The notes beneath the pieces are model-generated. The model was given only the letters and a program-made list of their open reading frames with translations. It did no database searches and was not told the origin of the DNA. Below, piece by piece: positions 33,901-35,207 of a stretch of DNA of 35,207 nt. Numbering within the stretch: position 1 is the stretch's first letter; each line of letters begins with the position of its first letter. Both the position numbers and the translations under genes were made by a program. This stretch comes from a virus (lineage: Duplodnaviria > Caudoviricetes), in the IMG/VR virus record IMGVR_UViG_3300046010_000337, positions 1 through 35,207 of that record; one strand, written 5' to 3'.

Positions 33901-34742
33901 AAACTGGTCAAGCTGCGATACGAGCAGAATTGGAAGCTCAAAGGGCGGCAGATGAGGCTGCCAAACAGGAAGCAGAGAGAAAAGCCAGAGAAGAGGCAGA
34001 AAAGGCCGCTGCTCGGTCTCGGATGTCCACCGGGGCTGGAGTCCTTGGCGGCATGACTGGGGCGGCTGGGCTGGCGGCTCTTGGTGGCGTTATGCCAGGA
34101 ACCGAAGAAGCGTCCAAACCTTTGACGGCCAAGTATTTGACGAGCAAGGGCGGGGACACGGGATTTAAAGGACTCTTGGAAGAGTTCCAACAGGAAGTTG
34201 AAGGAGCGCCAAATATGCCCGACAATACAGCAAATCGCCAGGAAGGCAGCGATATGTCGCAATACTACAGTTACGGCAACGAAACGTCTCTTGACCAGAT
34301 TCTGGGTCAAGACAACACTCAAGAATCATCATTCCCGCAATTTTTTGCTAGTGGCGGCTTGGCGACTCCTTTGATGGCCGCTGGAGGCCACACGGGCACT
34401 CGGTACGGCAAATATGCTGGCGGTGGAATGCCCTCTCCCTTGATGGCCGCTGGCGGCAAGATGCGAGTTGATTTTCGCCGCGGTGATGCTGTAACCGGCC
34501 CTGGTGACGGTCAGTCCGACGACATCCCGGCGATGCTTGCTGATGGCGAATTCGTCTTCCCCGCCGATGTCGTTGCGGCCATTGGAAATGGTTCTACGAA
34601 GGCTGGATCGGATGCGCTGTATGACATGATGCACAGCATCAGAAAACACGCAAGATCGGCCCGTCCAAAAGATTTGCCTCCAGAGATCAAGTCTCCTCTG
34701 GATTTTCTGAAAAAGTCCCGCAATAAAAGGAGAGCAAAATGA
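27954..34742 (+). CDS. Giant internal virion / DNA-ejection protein (2262 aa, mosaic)
   Basis: Ala/Gly hydrophobic N-terminus, coiled coils, about 59-aa aromatic repeats, a second Ala/Gly hydrophobic block, Gln-rich helical repeats, then C-terminal [FMY]AxGG motifs and a GPGDGQSDDIPAMLADGEFV domain. Its position after the nozzle fits podovirus ejection genes. Confidence 0.7.
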   Translation: MPAIPFIAVALGASGAFTAIGAGLAGIAGLSVATGGVAASLAAGTISSAAAAAIGAGAFSAAATAVQGGKASDVLKSAVIGGITSYAGSSIAQSVAQSVSSSAIASGTEASIAKAMGQIIGSASAGAITSGTSALLSGKDPINALLKGGLTAGMSAGIGLGVERLVRDVPALSNPTNNAEAALQRAVKSAIGATIASGGNPDAIGLSVLNSFVSTAGELVGRQIRDTSSKLSSADQQFRASEADYQNNLAKQESLAAQYNQQIKPLQDKYSQIETLASQYDDLANKYNNYDSHMTSQGYTLIGGGYDGDGNYEGDFYAKQVWVPARQASGYNDDGQYITWEIPGGYQWQRAGANVTTEKQAIYDQAMALNGRIEREATDFKNLQTQILGGEVTKYKTETQSRTESHYDAGTITVPVEVQVPYTETVVGSIQPIKNELDSLKSQVEPLGEKLVEAKNNLEKSVAEFNEVETSNAALVQTQINNFVSARDQYRAEFGVDPTEDQLKSFAASGDILGTVSKLVADNNNEQFAKEVGFRNYADYTAAGNISPNDFYAKQQGWQDYAQQLNAQANGYSNPSQWNTYVNNQQTAVNNGFINYQDYQSAGGQTSNDFYAKKEGWTDYAEKQQAEDAGFRNPTVWNTHVVEVKNQDAAKAAGFPDYETQTRFGNNINEYRAVQEGWSSLGEKQAAAGYEITSPQKYQEFISGKTEEDKIVQMLQDRGVPATPERVADIMKSWDFNPATPNVGFGEAFNKSDNLNISNSRADSVQEAAALAKSLGYSNFSFGGSEYKLNTAAPTQNPYDFFANFGEAYKAARADLGAGKNFEWRNPVTGETKTFSTNNEKEQAVADQKRIDLMPAYTGEGAYTRTGNPGIVNDVFYDKSTGNIVQDNRVWDSNGKLISGEVKNINPDASGSTAERLAASLKESFGKTFDAFKYVTSGINKGGWELLNQVGVLGGLTGLVDMNNWATKTAAEMKAVIDGYQNKEFLNNRALMNSAIAKAGNEGIFAQAVEAGKQFGLNPLQTAEFIAQQGANLFLGGGAMATARALGAGLSTQQAAAIGTMAAAQGASVADEAYKDAIKNGKPPEEAINSARAAWAGAALTSVVANKFIPGALSNESAIAAQAIAKNSLSTALKGEMSSELAEEVSGKVIGNIAAGNAWDKDVGATAVQALIGSGVITGLVQVSTTGSPSTAIAIAKDAGLTDAQIDEAKTNFQKAIDDVKTQTQSGNKVESYNIPDAVEKLSTALLNANLSASEVYQLQNLIALDATQSAIKTSLENSGVPAEFSGSIANQAAPQILEGSDVKQAFDNLSVILQANGFTPVDASLITNKTLTGTDVRQEIAEQLESQGYKANPEEIDNLISQNATAIPTEIASAVSDYADAKAVNREEAKESLVQAGIENPTQEQINFLAGQYDQALLQGRADTAVKIFEEPNFVEAEILKNIENNKIAGMDEAAAIEKAVTDIASSVGQSNTDLLALIGRTPETIVQQYQTGDLQRQIKTAEQIEKLESQLTDQGKSLVDQLTKQGETYQKALEDAITAQNAQITAGQTQTQTQIAQLDAATKAKFDQLSDAQKDQALQLAETTKDLQGSINAVAQQTAQQIEAGQQQTAQQIASVKDSLTAQIAANEAAGLSRDEATSKAIQDVAASVGTTKDALLAQIGQTEAGLQQQLATGQAQTQEQIAQLDAATQAKFNEMTEAQKAQALQLAQTTKDLQGSINTVAQQSQQQISDVQTALQTQLAQQSAQTQQAFADMTAAQKEEVAARIQQGQDLQTAISGVQTSLGEQITGGLASLSQDFQNKLAASDAATQAAFANMDATQKAETQSRVQLGQDLQAAIAASQQATEQKITGGLESLSQDFQSKLAASDTATQNSFAQMTAAQQQETRARVQQGVTLENAIAGVQTGLGEQITAGQKKTEQEISDLNKSLTDRITANEAAGLTRDQAISKSVEEVAAGLGSTRETLLSQINQTETTLKQQYETGQAAIRAELEAQRAADEAAKQEAERKAREEAEKAAARSRMSTGAGVLGGMTGAAGLAALGGVMPGTEEASKPLTAKYLTSKGGDTGFKGLLEEFQQEVEGAPNMPDNTANRQEGSDMSQYYSYGNETSLDQILGQDNTQESSFPQFFASGGLATPLMAAGGHTGTRYGKYAGGGMPSPLMAAGGKMRVDFRRGDAVTGPGDGQSDDIPAMLADGEFVFPADVVAAIGNGSTKAGSDALYDMMHSIRKHARSARPKDLPPEIKSPLDFLKKSRNKRRAK
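29530..30060 (+). repeat. Three tandem repeats of about 59-61 aa in the giant protein
   Basis: A...GF.[ND]Y..Y...G.....N[DE][FY].A...GW..[YL].E...A...G...P..W. The DFYAK-coding blocks start at 29601 and 29778 (177 nt apart), and the third, degenerate copy starts at 29961. Confidence 0.85.
32270..33930 (+). repeat. Gln/Ala-rich helical repeat arrays in the giant protein
   Basis: GQ.QTQ.QIAQLDAAT.AKF..[LM][ST].AQK.QALQLA.TTKDLQGSIN.VAQQ twice; I.ANEAAGL.RD.A.SK....VAA..G.T...LL.QI.QTE twice plus one degenerate copy; QITGGL.SLSQDFQ.KLAASD.ATQ..FA.M.A.Q..E...R.Q.G..L..AI about three times. Confidence 0.85.
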
Positions 34743-35207
34743 GCTTGACATCAGGCAGCCCGCTTCCAGATGTAACGCAGACAACAACTGCGAAGACTGA
34801 AGCGCCGGGTTATTTTTCCGACTACTTGTCTGGTCTGGCGCAGGCTGGTCAGTCTTCTCTCTACCAACCCGGCACCTTTGACAGCACGACCGGCAAGGGG
34901 ACGCTCAAGACCGGAGAGCAACTTGTGGCCGGGTATGACCCGCTGCAAACCTCCGGTTACGGAAAGTTTGAGTCGGCTGCTGACGCCTACAAACCGGGCC
35001 TGCAAACGGCGCAATCGAATCTTGCACAAGGCTCCGGCATCTCGTCGCAAGACATCTCCAATTTCCTGAACCCGTACACGACGAACGTGGTCAATGAAAT
35101 GGAGCGTCTGGCGCAGCAGAACGTGCAGCGCAATCTGCTGCCCTCAATGAAGGCTGGGTTTGTTGGCAGTGGTGGACTTGGAAGTCAGCGGTACGCAAAT
35201 CTCTCTT
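34739..35207 (+). CDS. 3'-truncated DNA-transfer/ejection protein
   Basis: ATGA overlap with the upstream stop, RBS AAGGAG. MSLTSGSPLPDVTQTTTAKTEAPGYFSDYLSGLAQAG...VAGYDPLQ...NFLNPYTTNVVNEM.R.AQ.NV...LLP...AGFVGSGGLGSQR has NPY...V and G..GS.R motifs seen in podovirus pilot/ejection proteins. The frame is open to the window end. Confidence 0.7.
   Translation, partial: MSLTSGSPLPDVTQTTTAKTEAPGYFSDYLSGLAQAGQSSLYQPGTFDSTTGKGTLKTGEQLVAGYDPLQTSGYGKFESAADAYKPGLQTAQSNLAQGSGISSQDISNFLNPYTTNVVNEMERLAQQNVQRNLLPSMKAGFVGSGGLGSQRYANLS

Noticed and set aside
1-35207. tRNA, rRNA, integrase, terminase, transposase, intron or intein
   Set aside because: None recognisable by eye. Intergenic gaps are too short for RNA genes, and the terminase presumably lies outside the window.

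Overview
This window is the virion morphogenesis and lysis region of a tailed dsDNA bacteriophage with a podovirus-type layout. About 32 tightly packed or overlapping genes all lie on the + strand. The order is: a 5'-truncated polyvalent-type protein with ADP-ribosyltransferase-like modules, a P22-like portal, a GroES-like co-chaperonin, a scaffold, a capsid-associated protein, a Mu gpT-like major capsid protein, decoration and basic core proteins, a head-tail adaptor, fibre genes, a lysis cassette (four membrane proteins plus a GH24 lysozyme), a second adaptor, a tail nozzle, a 2262-aa internal/ejection protein, and a 3'-truncated ejection protein. The most striking unexplained signal is a short peptide motif, [MFYLK]-[AKQ]-x-G-G-x-[VLA]. 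It recurs more than 20 times across six otherwise unrelated proteins, sits at module junctions of apparent polyproteins, and precedes a GPG-x-G-x-SD-x-IPA-x-L-xx-GEFV domain. This suggests a peptide-tag system for packaging or processing internal virion cargo, including ART-like effectors. A T4 T-like holin candidate and nested domain insertions in structural proteins are also notable. All family assignments come from motif recognition by eye; no database search was run.
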